Shown here: one piece after another, positions 34,761-34,848 of the stretch
Layout: the number at the start of each line of letters is the position of its first letter
How positions within the stretch are numbered: the stretch's first letter is position 1
Origin: Gemmatimonadota bacterium
GTDB lineage: Bacteria; Gemmatimonadota; Gemmatimonadetes; Palauibacterales; KS3-K002
NCBI GenBank assembly: GCA_039588155.1
Contig: JBDHAI010000005.1
Location: 1 to 34,848 of the forward strand
Length of the DNA stretch: 34,848 nt
Direction of reading: 5' to 3'
Notes under the pieces: generated by a model
The model's database searches: none
What the model saw: only the letters and a program-made list of their open reading frames with translations
Told to the model about the DNA's origin: nothing
Program-made: the position numbers and the translations under genes

Positions 34761-34778
34761 GGCCGGCTAAAGCCGGCC
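34761..34778 (-). terminator. Hairpin directly downstream of the minus-strand partial gene
   Basis: GGCCGGC-taaa-GCCGGCC is a perfect 7-bp stem starting 2 nt after the minus-strand stop at 34780-34782. It is nested inside a second inverted repeat, CGTAGCGG (34743-50) / CCGCTACG (34777-84). No U-tract. Confidence 0.35.
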
Positions 34779-34779
34779 G

Positions 34780-34848
34780 CTACGGATGCAGCAGAATCTT
34801 TCCGAACAGCTCGCGCTGCTCCATGCGCCGGTGCGCGGCCTGCGCTTC
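34780..34848 (-). CDS. 3' end of a minus-strand gene, possibly a medium-chain dehydrogenase/quinone oxidoreductase family member (partial)
   Basis: The minus strand reads ...EAQAAHRRMEQRELFGKILLHP then stop. This resembles the AH..ME....GKIVL C-terminal signature of zinc-type ADH/quinone oxidoreductases. Only 22 codons are visible. Confidence 0.3.
   Translation of the reverse strand, partial: EAQAAHRRMEQRELFGKILLHP

Noticed and set aside
1-34848. Search for CRISPR arrays, tRNA/rRNA genes, transposases, integrases, toxin-antitoxin genes or known defence genes
   Set aside because: I saw no regularly spaced short repeats, no cloverleaf-like or rRNA-like segments, and no recombinase or nuclease motifs in any frame. 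The only repeats are the 36-nt pair and the operon A/B paralogy.

Overview
High-GC (about 65%) bacterial window, probably from an uncultured FCB-superphylum-like organism, judging by T9SS/FlgD-like C-terminal sorting domains and a C25 peptidase. All domain calls rest on motif recognition in translations; no database search was possible. Layout: (1) 1-6150, a cell-surface cluster with a partial gingipain-like C25 peptidase (not in the ORF track) and two secreted proteins carrying T9SS-type C-terminal domains. (2) 6235-12307, a small EF-Tu-domain-II-like protein, an S41 peptidase, a degraded YtrA/GntR-ABC operon and a stand-alone cNMP-binding protein. A 36-nt direct repeat that copies the 3' end of the cNMP gene brackets the 5.3-kb block between them. 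(3) 12499-16636, a minus-strand operon of ECF sigma, anti-sigma, aminotransferase and a CDGSH/glutamate-synthase-like fusion. (4) 16692-18796, a membrane protein, a YHS-domain protein and a DUF3179 protein. The DUF3179 reading frame is interrupted only by an in-frame TGA at the first Cys of its CPLC motif, making it a selenocysteine candidate. (5) 18848-24366, a Cys-rich secreted protein, a Ser/Thr kinase-TolB propeller fusion and a GT39-like glycosyltransferase. (6) 24471-34721, the most interesting part. It holds a CGGC-domain protein and a PAS/sigma-54 activator, followed by two paralogous sigma-54-dependent operons. Each operon has a conserved ~55-nt upstream activator site and a correctly spaced -24/-12 promoter, and each opens with a TTG-initiated NifX/NifB-like protein. 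Each also encodes an HdrD/DsrK-like CCG iron-sulfur protein and a NarI/DsrM-like membrane cytochrome b. Operon A additionally carries a Cys-rich PAS histidine kinase and two single-domain response regulators. Operon B ends in a 4Fe-4S ferredoxin that is cut off at a junction near the window end. No rRNA, tRNA, CRISPR array, transposase or integrase was recognised.
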